Positions 27,483 to 36,585 of a stretch of 64,000 nt of DNA are shown here, in pieces. The notes under the pieces are model-generated. The model saw only the letters and a program-made list of their open reading frames with translations. It had not been told where the DNA came from and did no database searches. Source of the DNA: a virus (taxonomy: Duplodnaviria > Caudoviricetes); the IMG/VR virus record IMGVR_UViG_2524614838_000004, positions 1 to 64,000 of that record; one strand, given 5' to 3'. A program made the translations under genes and the position numbers. The stretch's first letter is position 1, and every line of letters starts with the position of its first letter.

Positions 27483-27664
27483 TTGAATAATATCCGTATG
27501 TGAAGTATAATAAATCAAAATGATGAAGGAGTATGAAAGGAGACAGAAATTTGAAGAATTGGGTTAAATGGGTGAACGTAGCAGCTGTAGTTTCTATTGG
27601 AATTTGTATTACTAAGAATCTTAATTGCTTATGGGCGTTTTTCATTCCGGTTTTCTGTGAATAA
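27483..27664 (+). CDS. Micro-moron: own promoter plus a 43-aa hydrophobic peptide (ORF 27533-27664)
   Basis: TTGAAT-17-TATAAT at 27483-27511; RBS; hydrophobic peptide. Confidence 0.55.
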
Positions 27665-27680
27665 CGGAGGTATACCGGCT

Positions 27681-27836
27681 ATGAGATATAACTTACATAT
27701 GTTTTTACGAAAGACAATAATGCGGTGGACCAGGAAGAACTGCGGTACCTGCAAGCATTATGACGGAAGATTTGGTGATGAGACCTGCTTTACCTGTGAG
27801 CGGAGTATAAAGGCGGTGGGATATGAACGAAGGTGA
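27681..27836 (+). CDS. Hypothetical Cys-containing protein
   Basis: RBS GGAGG; CGTC and CFTC. Confidence 0.55.
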   Translation: MRYNLHMFLRKTIMRWTRKNCGTCKHYDGRFGDETCFTCERSIKAVGYERR

Positions 27837-28242
27837 ACTTAGGAAATACTGGTCCGCTTATACGGACGCTTGGAAACTTATGAAGAATCGTCAGATGGTA
27901 AGACCGGAGCATGTAGCACAAATGATAAAGAAGCATGAGAATCCTGTCATGAGTAGGCTGTTCTGCCTGGTGGTCTGGCAAGAAATAAAAAGGATTAAAG
28001 CTGGGGGCACTTCTCTTCTGGATAAGCAGTACGAAGAATGCCTTACCGGAGCATGGAAACTGTTTAAGAAGTACAGCGAACCGAATGATACAGATGAATA
28101 CTGGAATGGTCTTGTTGACATGATTGGAGCCATGTCCAAAGAATATAGCAATTGTAGTTTTATAAGCAATCTCCTGGTCCATGTTACGCTGGAAGAACTT
28201 GAGCGGATTTGGAGAGCCAGTAAGAAAGTAGGTGAAAAATGA
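27823..28242 (+). CDS. Hypothetical protein with an internal duplication
   Basis: YTDAWKLMK / LTGAWKLFKK repeat. Confidence 0.65.
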   Translation: MNEGELRKYWSAYTDAWKLMKNRQMVRPEHVAQMIKKHENPVMSRLFCLVVWQEIKRIKAGGTSLLDKQYEECLTGAWKLFKKYSEPNDTDEYWNGLVDMIGAMSKEYSNCSFISNLLVHVTLEELERIWRASKKVGEK

Positions 28243-28625
28243 AATTACAGGCCACAGAACATAGTTATTATTGTAGCGAAAGCAATCATTATGTCGGCAA
28301 TCAGCATGGTGAAAATTTCGGAAGATGCGAATATGATACGTGGGCAGATTTTCAAGAAGAATGGCTTGATTCAGACGGCGTAAGCATTGATATTGACTAC
28401 AATCTATGTTTTCGCTTTGATATTGAGCAGAAACACAATCCAGATACAGATGAGCCGATAGCTGAATTTGAGCTTTGGTTATTCTTTATGCTACAAAGAA
28501 AAGGGATTTATCGCCCGGTATGGATTAAGCATATTGATGAAAAGGACATGCCTGGAATAAAAGGCTTTTTGGAAAAACAATGGCACTACATACAGTACCA
28601 ATGGAACGAGTTGATTGAAAAATAA
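28239..28625 (+). CDS. Hypothetical protein
   Basis: Coupled ORF. Confidence 0.65.
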   Translation: MKLQATEHSYYCSESNHYVGNQHGENFGRCEYDTWADFQEEWLDSDGVSIDIDYNLCFRFDIEQKHNPDTDEPIAEFELWLFFMLQRKGIYRPVWIKHIDEKDMPGIKGFLEKQWHYIQYQWNELIEK

Positions 28626-28626
28626 T

Positions 28627-28671
28627 GAAAGGAACCGTTCCCCGGCCGGGAGAGTGTACACGGAACCTTTT
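28627..28671 (+). promoter_or_regulatory. SD-sequestering twin-palindrome leader, copy 2
   Basis: GAAAGG-AA-CCGT/ACGG-AA-CCTTTT stem enclosing CCCGGCCGGG and GTGTACAC; ATG 6 nt after the stem. Confidence 0.65.
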
Positions 28672-28677
28672 TGAAAA

Positions 28678-30066
28678 ATGAAAGATGTAATTATAGACTA
28701 CTTCTGCGGTGGTGGAGGTGTAAGTGTTGGTGGACAGATGGCCTGGGGGCGTAGCTTCGATTTTGCAATTAATCATAGTCCTTCAGCCATATCAATGCAC
28801 AAATACAATCACCCGTATACGCACCATTTTCCAGAAGATATCATGAGAGTAAAAATTGGAAAATTTCTTTCATGGGGGCAGAGAGTTAGCTTTGTTTGGG
28901 CAAGTCCAGACTGTACCTCGCATTCGAATGCAAAAGGAGATAAGCCCATAGAAAGAGGATTGCGAATACTTCCAATGGGTGTCTGGAAGCAATGCAAACT
29001 GATTTTAAAAGCAACAGGGAAAGTTCCAGAAGTTATTATGATGGAAAACGTTAAAGAAATCCAGAAATGGGGACCTCTAGATAAGAACGGTAAGCCCATT
29101 AAGGCCCGTGAAAGTGAGTATTACAATAAATTTATTCGCCTTATGAAAGCTTTTGGGTATGAGTTTGAATGCAGGGTTTTAAATTCTGCTGATTATGGAG
29201 CGCATACAGCCAGGGTGCGCTGGTATGGACAATTTAGGTGTGATGGTAGGCCGATTGTTTGGCCGGAGCAGACACATTCTAAAGGTGGTGTAAATGGCCT
29301 AAAGCCTTGGGAGCCGATTAGTCAGGATATTGATTTTACGGATTTAGGCAACCCTATATTTACTAGGAAACGGCCTTTGAAAGATAAGACACTGAGCCGT
29401 ATCGCAGCCGGGATTAAAAAGTTTGTAATTGATGATCAGAACCGGTTTATTCTTCCGGACAAAGTGGCGGCGCCGTTTTTAATACAATATCATTCCGAAA
29501 CAGTAAAGGGAGAGGTCCGGGGCCAGAGTTTAAAGGAGCCAATACAGACTATTGATACTGCAAACCGTTATGCTCTTGTAACCTGTTTCCTATCGAAGTT
29601 TTATAAGACAGGAACGGGCCAGACAATAAATGAGCCAATCCATACGATAACCACCTCTCCTGGGCATTTTGCTTTGGTGTCAGCTTTCTTGATTAAATAT
29701 TACAGCGGAGACATCGGCCAGAGTTTAAACGAGCCAATCCATACGATTGTCACAAAGGACCGGTTTGGTCTTGTCCTTGTGGTAATAGATGGAGTAACAT
29801 ACCAAATCATAGATATATGGTTCCGAATGTTGAAGCCTGAAGAACTGAAATTGGGACAGGGATTTCCAAAGGATTATATCATTGATTTTAAAATGCCGAA
29901 TGGTAAGCCTTATCCTAAAACAATGCAGGTTGAGAAAATCGGAAACAGCGTTGTCCCCCTGATGGCAGAGAAGCTTTGTTATACAGCTTGCCCTTATCTA
30001 AAGGTGGGGGAACGAATGCCGAACATGAGGATTGATGATAGCCAGGAGCAGCTTAGGTTTGCTTAA
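28678..30066 (+). CDS. C5-cytosine DNA methyltransferase
   Basis: DYFCGGGG, WASPDC (PC-equivalent), MENV, ADYGA..AR.R, KIGNSV. Confidence 0.9.
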   Translation: MKDVIIDYFCGGGGVSVGGQMAWGRSFDFAINHSPSAISMHKYNHPYTHHFPEDIMRVKIGKFLSWGQRVSFVWASPDCTSHSNAKGDKPIERGLRILPMGVWKQCKLILKATGKVPEVIMMENVKEIQKWGPLDKNGKPIKARESEYYNKFIRLMKAFGYEFECRVLNSADYGAHTARVRWYGQFRCDGRPIVWPEQTHSKGGVNGLKPWEPISQDIDFTDLGNPIFTRKRPLKDKTLSRIAAGIKKFVIDDQNRFILPDKVAAPFLIQYHSETVKGEVRGQSLKEPIQTIDTANRYALVTCFLSKFYKTGTGQTINEPIHTITTSPGHFALVSAFLIKYYSGDIGQSLNEPIHTIVTKDRFGLVLVVIDGVTYQIIDIWFRMLKPEELKLGQGFPKDYIIDFKMPNGKPYPKTMQVEKIGNSVVPLMAEKLCYTACPYLKVGERMPNMRIDDSQEQLRFA

Positions 30067-30096
30067 TATGATTGAAGAATATCAGGAGGTTGAGAC

Positions 30097-30324
30097 ATGA
30101 AATATAAATGTATAAAGCAAATGTGCTTAGAAAAGGTAGATGGGGACGGCTTCAGCATTCCGAATGAATACGGAATTGTGCCGGTAGGTTCTATCTGGCA
30201 TGAAGATAAATCAAGCATTATTGGTGGTGAAATTCATCTGGAATGCGCAAGCGGAGCAGAGGATTTGGGCTGGATAGAAATTTCTAAAAAGGATTTGGAG
30301 GAGTTTTTTGAATTAATAAGCTAA
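30097..30324 (+). CDS. Hypothetical protein
   Basis: RBS AGGAGG. Confidence 0.6.
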   Translation: MKYKCIKQMCLEKVDGDGFSIPNEYGIVPVGSIWHEDKSSIIGGEIHLECASGAEDLGWIEISKKDLEEFFELIS

Positions 30325-30344
30325 GGCTTTTGAAGAGGTGAGCT

Positions 30345-30821
30345 ATGAGCAGTAGGCCAGAGGTTACAAAATTTTTATCATTGTCTATCCAGAAGCACAT
30401 AAACCCCAATAATGACCCAAGAATTTACTGGGCGGCAGAAGTGACATTTGACTATGCCACCAGTAATGCGGTCCGGGTCGATTATATGAAATTTAAACCA
30501 GTAAACAATACGGTATCTGGTATTGAAAAGGGGGACTTCTACTGCTTTGAAGTGAAGTCCTCGGTGGAAGATTTTCATTCAAAGAACGGACATAATTTCT
30601 TGGGCGATTTCAATTATTATGTCATGCCTGAGGAAGTATACGAAAAAGTGAAGAATGAAATACCGTACAGAATCGGGGTATATGTTCCTGATGGAAAGAA
30701 TTATCAGGGCGATTGGTATGATTTAAAATCTGTCAAGAAAGCCGTGAGGAAAGACAGGGACAGATCGGTACCAGAAATGTTGCTAATGATGTTTCGGTCA
30801 GCAACAAGGAGAAGTGTCTAA
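30345..30821 (+). CDS. PD-(D/E)xK nuclease-like protein (MmcB-like)
   Basis: AEV...RVDY...CFEVKSS.EDF pattern. Confidence 0.6.
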   Translation: MSSRPEVTKFLSLSIQKHINPNNDPRIYWAAEVTFDYATSNAVRVDYMKFKPVNNTVSGIEKGDFYCFEVKSSVEDFHSKNGHNFLGDFNYYVMPEEVYEKVKNEIPYRIGVYVPDGKNYQGDWYDLKSVKKAVRKDRDRSVPEMLLMMFRSATRRSV

Positions 30822-30858
30822 TCTGGAATTCTCTTAGCAGTGGAAGAAAGGAAGCATT

Positions 30859-31125
30859 ATGGAAATAGGCGAATTAGATATGCATTGTGGCAACTGTGGT
30901 GTAATTGATTATTGCACAGAACCGTTTGAAACGCCAGCTTTATGCTGTGTCAGTGCACTTGCTGATGTTTCCGAAGAAGATTATATTCAGCTGGCAGAAG
31001 AAATAACGTCAGAGGAAATTGAAGAGAAACAGCGGCAGTATGAAGAAAATGGTGTGGGCTGGACGGACGAGGATAAAGGGGCTATTTGCGATATCGTACT
31101 GGAAAAATTGTTTTCAAAAGAATAG
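30859..31125 (+). CDS. Hypothetical acidic protein
   Basis: RBS; CGNC motif. Confidence 0.6.
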   Translation: MEIGELDMHCGNCGVIDYCTEPFETPALCCVSALADVSEEDYIQLAEEITSEEIEEKQRQYEENGVGWTDEDKGAICDIVLEKLFSKE

Positions 31126-31154
31126 GATTTAAAAGAAATATTGTTCCTTGATAA

Positions 31155-31183
31155 TTGAATATTGATGGTTGGTGGTGTATAAT
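31155..31183 (+). promoter_or_regulatory. Moron A promoter containing the left 17-nt inverted repeat (31157-31173)
   Basis: TTGAAT-17-TATAAT; GAATATTGATGGTTGGT. Confidence 0.75.
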
Positions 31184-31217
31184 TATCTTATCAAATTTTA
31201 TACAAGGGGGATAAGAA

Positions 31218-31589
31218 ATGGAGCAAAGAATTATTAATGGTCAAGCATATGCACACCCGTTTGAGTACATCATGCGTGACGTATTCCAATGTGACAGAGG
31301 CGGAGCTTGCGGAATGGCAGATGCTGATTTTATTAGAAAGCATCCTTATACAGCGGTAGCAGCAACATGTATGTACATATATGCTAATGCCGACGAGAAG
31401 AAAAAAGAAGAAATAGAGAAATTTCTTGAAGATGCCTATTTTCATTTCCAATTTGACTTAGACACACTTCTCTCATTTGAAACGAATGAGAAAGAAATTG
31501 ATGGTGGATCATATACTTTGAGTTATGATAACGGAGAAGCAACAATTGAGGCGCTTGAAGAAAAGTTCAGGAATATTTGTAAGAAATAA
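31218..31589 (+). CDS. Moron A, hypothetical acidic protein
   Basis: Own promoter, RBS and terminator. Confidence 0.75.
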   Translation: MEQRIINGQAYAHPFEYIMRDVFQCDRGGACGMADADFIRKHPYTAVAATCMYIYANADEKKKEEIEKFLEDAYFHFQFDLDTLLSFETNEKEIDGGSYTLSYDNGEATIEALEEKFRNICKK

Positions 31590-31593
31590 TTGT

Positions 31594-31629
31594 AAAAACC
31601 AACTATCAATATTCGGTAGTTGGTTTTTT
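31594..31629 (+). terminator. Moron A intrinsic terminator containing the right repeat (31598-31614)
   Basis: ACCAACTATC-AATATTC-GGTAGTTGGT followed by a T-run. Confidence 0.8.
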
Positions 31630-31641
31630 GTTACCCAAAAT

Positions 31642-31689
31642 GAAAGGAGGTCGGAGCTTCTGGCCAGGAGACACGTGTCGGCTCCTTTC
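31642..31689 (+). promoter_or_regulatory. SD-sequestering twin-palindrome leader, copy 3
   Basis: GAAAGGAG/CTCCTTTC stem enclosing CTGGCCAG and GACACGTGTC; ATG 6 nt after the stem. Confidence 0.7.
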
Positions 31690-31695
31690 GAGAAA

Positions 31696-32790
31696 ATGTA
31701 TTTGCTTAAAGAAGGATTGAAATTCCCTAAAACAACGTTTGTCAATATGAAACATATGCCATTTGAGATAAAACCATCTTTTAGCGCACAGCGCATAGTA
31801 CAGTGGCACGAACATTGGGGTGGATTAATTTACATAGCATTTAGCGGAGGTCTTGATAGCACGGTGTTGGCTCATTTAGTCTGCATGACTTATCGAGAAT
31901 ATGGACTGACCGGAGAGATACCATTGGTTTTTTGTGATACTGGAGTGGAATTCCCGGAGATTAGAAAATTTGTTAAGGAATATGTCGCATGGTTGAAAAC
32001 CCAATTTCCAGAGCTGACTATTACTTTAAAAATAATGTACCCAAAACATAATTTCAAGTGGGTGTGTGAGCATAAAGGATTTCCTCTGATCAGCAAAGAT
32101 ACAGCCAGTAAGATTAAAAAGTTAAGACATGGAAAACTAAGCGAGAAGTATCGCAATTATCTTCTTAATGGTGATGAACGTGGAAAATTTGGCATGTTGG
32201 CTAAAAAGTGGCATTATCTAGCGGATAAACAGATTACAGAAGAGGATATTTCGGACATATGCTGTGAGATTCTTAAAAAAGAACCTTTCAAGAGATATGT
32301 AAAGGAGACAGGTAGATATCCATTTATCGGGATTACACAGGACGAGGGATTTCGTCGAGAAAATCAGTACAATCATACGGGGTGCAACGTATATGATGGT
32401 ACTACCATTAAAAGTCAACCGTTAGGATTCTGGACGAATCAGGATGTTCTACAGTATAAAATGGAGAATGAAATTCCCATTTGCTGTGTATATGGAGAGG
32501 TAAGAAAGAATCATTGTGGGATATATGAATTAACGGGAGAACAAAGAACTGGTTGTATCATATGTGGCTTTGGCTGTCATCTGGAAGCAGAGCCGAATCG
32601 CATACAACGCCTGGGAACTTCTTCTATTGATACACATAGAGAAGTATATAATTGGGGAATGAGAATTGAGAACAATGGAGTTACTTATCAAGAAGCATTG
32701 AAACATTGTGGCGTAGCTACGGAGACCTGGGAATCGATTGGGCAAATGAATCTTGCTGATTTTCTGAATGAAGAAAGGAAGGAACTCTGA
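31696..32790 (+). CDS. PAPS-reductase-family (PP-loop) protein
   Basis: AFSGGLDSTVL, CDTGVEFPE, CC..LKK, QRTGC..CGFG. Confidence 0.85.
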   Translation: MYLLKEGLKFPKTTFVNMKHMPFEIKPSFSAQRIVQWHEHWGGLIYIAFSGGLDSTVLAHLVCMTYREYGLTGEIPLVFCDTGVEFPEIRKFVKEYVAWLKTQFPELTITLKIMYPKHNFKWVCEHKGFPLISKDTASKIKKLRHGKLSEKYRNYLLNGDERGKFGMLAKKWHYLADKQITEEDISDICCEILKKEPFKRYVKETGRYPFIGITQDEGFRRENQYNHTGCNVYDGTTIKSQPLGFWTNQDVLQYKMENEIPICCVYGEVRKNHCGIYELTGEQRTGCIICGFGCHLEAEPNRIQRLGTSSIDTHREVYNWGMRIENNGVTYQEALKHCGVATETWESIGQMNLADFLNEERKEL

Positions 32791-32791
32791 A

Positions 32792-32995
32792 ATGGCACAA
32801 GTAAAATGGTTAGATGAAACCTGTAACTGCTGTGGTAAGCCAATTAACAGTTGGGATAAGCGAATATCAAAGGTCCTGGCCTATAAATATCCTTGCTGTG
32901 AGAAATGTATAGCAAAGGAGTATGATGTGGCAGTAGGAGCTCTTAGAAGCCGCATGGAGGATTATTTTGGCATTAGGCCATGCATGGGGATATAG
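32792..32995 (+). CDS. Hypothetical zinc-binding protein
   Basis: CNCC and CEKC motifs. Confidence 0.6.
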   Translation: MAQVKWLDETCNCCGKPINSWDKRISKVLAYKYPCCEKCIAKEYDVAVGALRSRMEDYFGIRPCMGI

Positions 32996-32998
32996 GTA

Positions 32999-34186
32999 AT
33001 GGAAAAAGAATATAATTTACTTACCAAAGAGCTTTTGGCGGAGGGATACACGGTTGATAATTTCCCTGCTTATGTGAGGATATGCACTTCCAGATTTTCA
33101 GGAGACAATCCACTTTTTAATTTGGCAGGCGGATTTGAATATCTTCCATCATACAGAGATGAATTTATATATAAAACAGGCTGTGGAATGTATGTAAAAG
33201 GGAGCCATGTACTTAGCGATATGAGCTATATGGGTATTGATTGGAGCCATGAAAATAACTGCCCGGTTATCCGTTGTCCTTATGATAGAGCTGATTGTCC
33301 GGATAATAATGAGATTTTACATGGTTTGCAAGGCGGTGGCCTGTGTATCCAATGCTGGTGTGTCTGTCATAAGACCCAAGAAATATATGATTATGAAAAT
33401 AGTTTGGAAAAGGCCAATAAAGAACGCAACGATGAAATAGACCGAAAATACAAAGAATATGTTGAAACTCACCATGGCAGAGTGTGCCGCAATCACATGG
33501 GTTATGATGAGCGAATAAGGACGTGGAGCCAGTATTATGAACCTTCCAGATGTGCTAAAATTTGCTATAGTCAGGACGGATATTGCCCTATACTTGGAAA
33601 ACAGTTAAACAAGAAGCGTGGAAATGTTTATTATGATTTAAAAACCAGTTGTCGCCGGCATGATGATACAATCTTCAATGGGGACCATTCGGTCTCAGTC
33701 GAAAAAGGTATCCGGTATTTTGACCGTCCTGTTAGTATGGATATTTGTGAGGCATTTATTAAAGTACAGTCTGGTAATATTTATGAACGCCTAAAACGTA
33801 ACGTGCGTTCCGAGCAATTTTTTGACAAGAGTTATTCCATAGAGGTCTTGAATATTCGAGCAGAATCGAAACCCAGCAGAGATTTATTACAAGACTTGCA
33901 GGACATAAAAGACGGAATTCAGGTTACTCATGCAACCGATGTGGAAAAGCTTTCTAAGAGTGCAAAAAGAGAACAGCGCCAGATTACGAAGCAAAAGAAA
34001 ATTGAGAAATTAGAAAAGAAAATACTTGAGGTCGGATATGAGAATTTTGAAGAGTTTAGCCTTGATAAGATACATGCTGATAAATGGCTTTCGGAAGAAC
34101 GAATAGAAGAGTTGGAAAATATACGAAAACAGAAGATAAAAGAAGAACAGGAGAAACCAGTACAGTTAAGCCTGTTTGATTTGTAA
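32999..34186 (+). CDS. Cys-rich hypothetical phage protein
   Basis: 395-aa ORF ending PVQLSLFDL (clamp-binding-like motif). Confidence 0.7.
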   Translation: MEKEYNLLTKELLAEGYTVDNFPAYVRICTSRFSGDNPLFNLAGGFEYLPSYRDEFIYKTGCGMYVKGSHVLSDMSYMGIDWSHENNCPVIRCPYDRADCPDNNEILHGLQGGGLCIQCWCVCHKTQEIYDYENSLEKANKERNDEIDRKYKEYVETHHGRVCRNHMGYDERIRTWSQYYEPSRCAKICYSQDGYCPILGKQLNKKRGNVYYDLKTSCRRHDDTIFNGDHSVSVEKGIRYFDRPVSMDICEAFIKVQSGNIYERLKRNVRSEQFFDKSYSIEVLNIRAESKPSRDLLQDLQDIKDGIQVTHATDVEKLSKSAKREQRQITKQKKIEKLEKKILEVGYENFEEFSLDKIHADKWLSEERIEELENIRKQKIKEEQEKPVQLSLFDL

Positions 34187-34200
34187 ACTTTAAATATATA

Positions 34201-34346
34201 GCCGGGGCAGAGTCCCCGGTAAAAAAATAACCCGAAAAGAACATACATTCGAATCAATAACAATAAACAAGCGGCAGAGTCCCCGACCAAAGTTCTTCTA
34301 CCGCTTTACGCTTAAGGACATTATAAATCAAATTGTCTCCTTAAGC
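34201..34346 (+). promoter_or_regulatory. Structured leader of recombinase 2 with a 13-bp direct repeat and a near-LexA box
   Basis: GGCAGAGTCCCCG at 34206 and 34273; GAACATACATTC at 34239-34250; three hairpins. Confidence 0.5.
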
Positions 34347-34379
34347 AACTGAAATTTATAGAAAAGGAGATTACATGTT

Positions 34380-35417
34380 ATGAATGGACAAACTGTTAAA
34401 GCACAGGTTATCAATAATATTATTGTTGCTATGGCAGGGCATGTGGCGAAAGATGTTCTGGATATTCTTCATCAGGTGATTGTAAAAGAATTTGTAAATG
34501 TCAATATGGAAGAGATAACAACCCTCCCGGCAGAGTACCAGAATGATACGGATCAGAAGAATAAGTATATCATTCAGCTTTTCATCGTCAAGAAGAAAAT
34601 CAAGGATAATACAAAGGAAGCGTATCTTAGTGCCATTAAGCGTCTGATTACCCTGATTGATAAGCCATTGGACCGAATAGAGGAATCCGATATCAGCTAT
34701 TATCTGTCCTGGTATGAGAAGCGGAATATTAATGCCGGCGGTAAGAAGAATCAGGCCGTGACCGTGAATAATGAAAGACGTTTCCTGTCAGCATTCTACA
34801 CCTGGATGAGGAAGGAAAAGTTAATCAGTGACAATCCTGTGGAGGCAACAGATCCGCTGAAAACAATTCGAAAGCCGATTGATTATTTTAAACCAGAAGA
34901 GATGGCGAAGATGAGGGACGCATGCAAGAATTCTAGAGATCGCGCATTAATTGAAGTGTTGCGGAGCACCGGGGCCAGAGTGGGAGAGTTGGTTGAGATC
35001 ACCCTTGACCAGATAGACTGGAATACCGGGGATATTATGATTCAGGGGGAAAAGAATGACAGGTATGAGCCTATATTCTTAGATGATGAAGCGCGGTATT
35101 ATTACAGGCAGTATCTGGATTTAAGGAATGATGAAAGTCCGTTTATGTTTCCACAATGTAGGGCACCTTATTGGAAAATGTCAACGTCTGGAATCCGGAG
35201 CGTTATAAAAACCATTGGCAATCGAGCAAAGTTGAAATGCCGAGTGTATCCTCATAAATTGCGTAAAACTCTGGGAATGAGCCTTAAAAACAAGGGAGTG
35301 GACCTTGGCACCATTCAGGAGATTTTGAGGCATTCCAGTCCGTCAGTAACGGCTATTTATTACGCTCAATCTACACCGAATACATTAAGAAGTGTGAGAG
35401 AGAGGTGTGCAGGATAA
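34380..35417 (+). CDS. Tyrosine recombinase 2 (with N-terminal SAM-like domain)
   Basis: STGARVGE, PHKLRKT, ILRHSS..VTAIY. Confidence 0.9.
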   Translation: MNGQTVKAQVINNIIVAMAGHVAKDVLDILHQVIVKEFVNVNMEEITTLPAEYQNDTDQKNKYIIQLFIVKKKIKDNTKEAYLSAIKRLITLIDKPLDRIEESDISYYLSWYEKRNINAGGKKNQAVTVNNERRFLSAFYTWMRKEKLISDNPVEATDPLKTIRKPIDYFKPEEMAKMRDACKNSRDRALIEVLRSTGARVGELVEITLDQIDWNTGDIMIQGEKNDRYEPIFLDDEARYYYRQYLDLRNDESPFMFPQCRAPYWKMSTSGIRSVIKTIGNRAKLKCRVYPHKLRKTLGMSLKNKGVDLGTIQEILRHSSPSVTAIYYAQSTPNTLRSVRERCAG

Positions 35418-35788
35418 TGGGAAATAATACAAGAAATCAATTAAAAAATCTGGTTACCATTAATGCTGCAATCGAAGAAGCAGGGGAAGAAATCCAGATG
35501 GTGCAGAAGGAAATGAATATTCATGGCCATGATAAAAAGTATGTTTCTGCTTTGAATGCGCTGAATCAAAAGATTGTATATTTTCGGTATCAGAAAGTCA
35601 AAGTCTGCATGGATTTGTATGATAAAATTGAAGCCATTGAAGATGAACAGGAGAAGCGGTTGCTTAAGTACCGATATATAAGAGGTTACCGATGGGAGAT
35701 TATTGCTGATAAGATGGGATATAGTGTCAGGCAGGTTTTCAATATACACAATAAGGCCATCAAGTTACTTTGCATAGAAGTGCAGTGA
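35417..35788 (+). CDS. ArpU/RinA-like transcriptional activator 1
   Basis: LLKYRYIRGYRWEIIADKMGYSVRQVFNIH sigma-4-like HTH. Confidence 0.75.
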   Translation: MGNNTRNQLKNLVTINAAIEEAGEEIQMVQKEMNIHGHDKKYVSALNALNQKIVYFRYQKVKVCMDLYDKIEAIEDEQEKRLLKYRYIRGYRWEIIADKMGYSVRQVFNIHNKAIKLLCIEVQ

Positions 35789-35829
35789 ATCTTTGTGATA
35801 TGCTCCAAATTATAAAGGAGGCTTATTGC

Positions 35830-36585
35830 ATGAACAGTTTTATTAGTTGGATTGGTGGAAAGAAGTTATTGAGAAAGCAGATACTGGAACAGTTCCCGGA
35901 TCAGGATTCCTATAACCGGTATATTGAGGTATTTGGCGGAGCTGGCTGGCTATTATTTTCAAGAGATAAACATGCTCCTTTGGAAGTCTTTAATGATGTC
36001 AACGGGGAATTGATCAATCTATACCGGGTGGTTAAATATCACCCGGAGCCATTGCAGAAAGAGATGGAATGGTTATTAATGTCTCGCGAGCAATTCTTTG
36101 ACGAACTGAATCGAAACACCAGAGGAGTGACGGATATACAACGCGCTGCTAGGTACTTCTGTTTGATTAAGGAAAGTTTTGGAACAGACTGCAGATCATT
36201 TGGAGTGAGTTCCAGAGACATACATAAGGCAGTGGATTATTTGAAAGATGTATCAAATCGATTGAACCGCGTCGTTATTGAAAACCAGGACTTTGAACGA
36301 CTGATAAAAACATATGACAGGCCAGATTCGTTATTCTATCTGGATCCTCCATATTACGAAGCAGAGAAATATTATCCGGACCGGTTCAATCCGGAGGATC
36401 ATGAAAGGCTGTGTAAATGCCTGAGTGATTTAAAGGGAAGATTCGTTTTATCTTATAACGATTGCCAGCAGATACGTGATTTGTATGAGGGATATACTAT
36501 CATTGAAGTTGACAGAATGAATAATTTGTTGAACAAGGATAGGAGCAGGAGATACAAGGAGTTGATCATAAAGAATTTCAAATAA
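35830..36585 (+). CDS. Dam-like (D12 class) N6-adenine methyltransferase
   Basis: WIGGKK, EVFGGAG, NDVNGEL, FYLDPPY. Confidence 0.92.
   Translation: MNSFISWIGGKKLLRKQILEQFPDQDSYNRYIEVFGGAGWLLFSRDKHAPLEVFNDVNGELINLYRVVKYHPEPLQKEMEWLLMSREQFFDELNRNTRGVTDIQRAARYFCLIKESFGTDCRSFGVSSRDIHKAVDYLKDVSNRLNRVVIENQDFERLIKTYDRPDSLFYLDPPYYEAEKYYPDRFNPEDHERLCKCLSDLKGRFVLSYNDCQQIRDLYEGYTIIEVDRMNNLLNKDRSRRYKELIIKNFK

Noticed and set aside
27483-27710. Third copy of the self-antiterminating cassette
   Set aside because: It shares the TTGAAT promoter type, but the downstream match is gapped, lies inside the next gene and there is no clear terminator.
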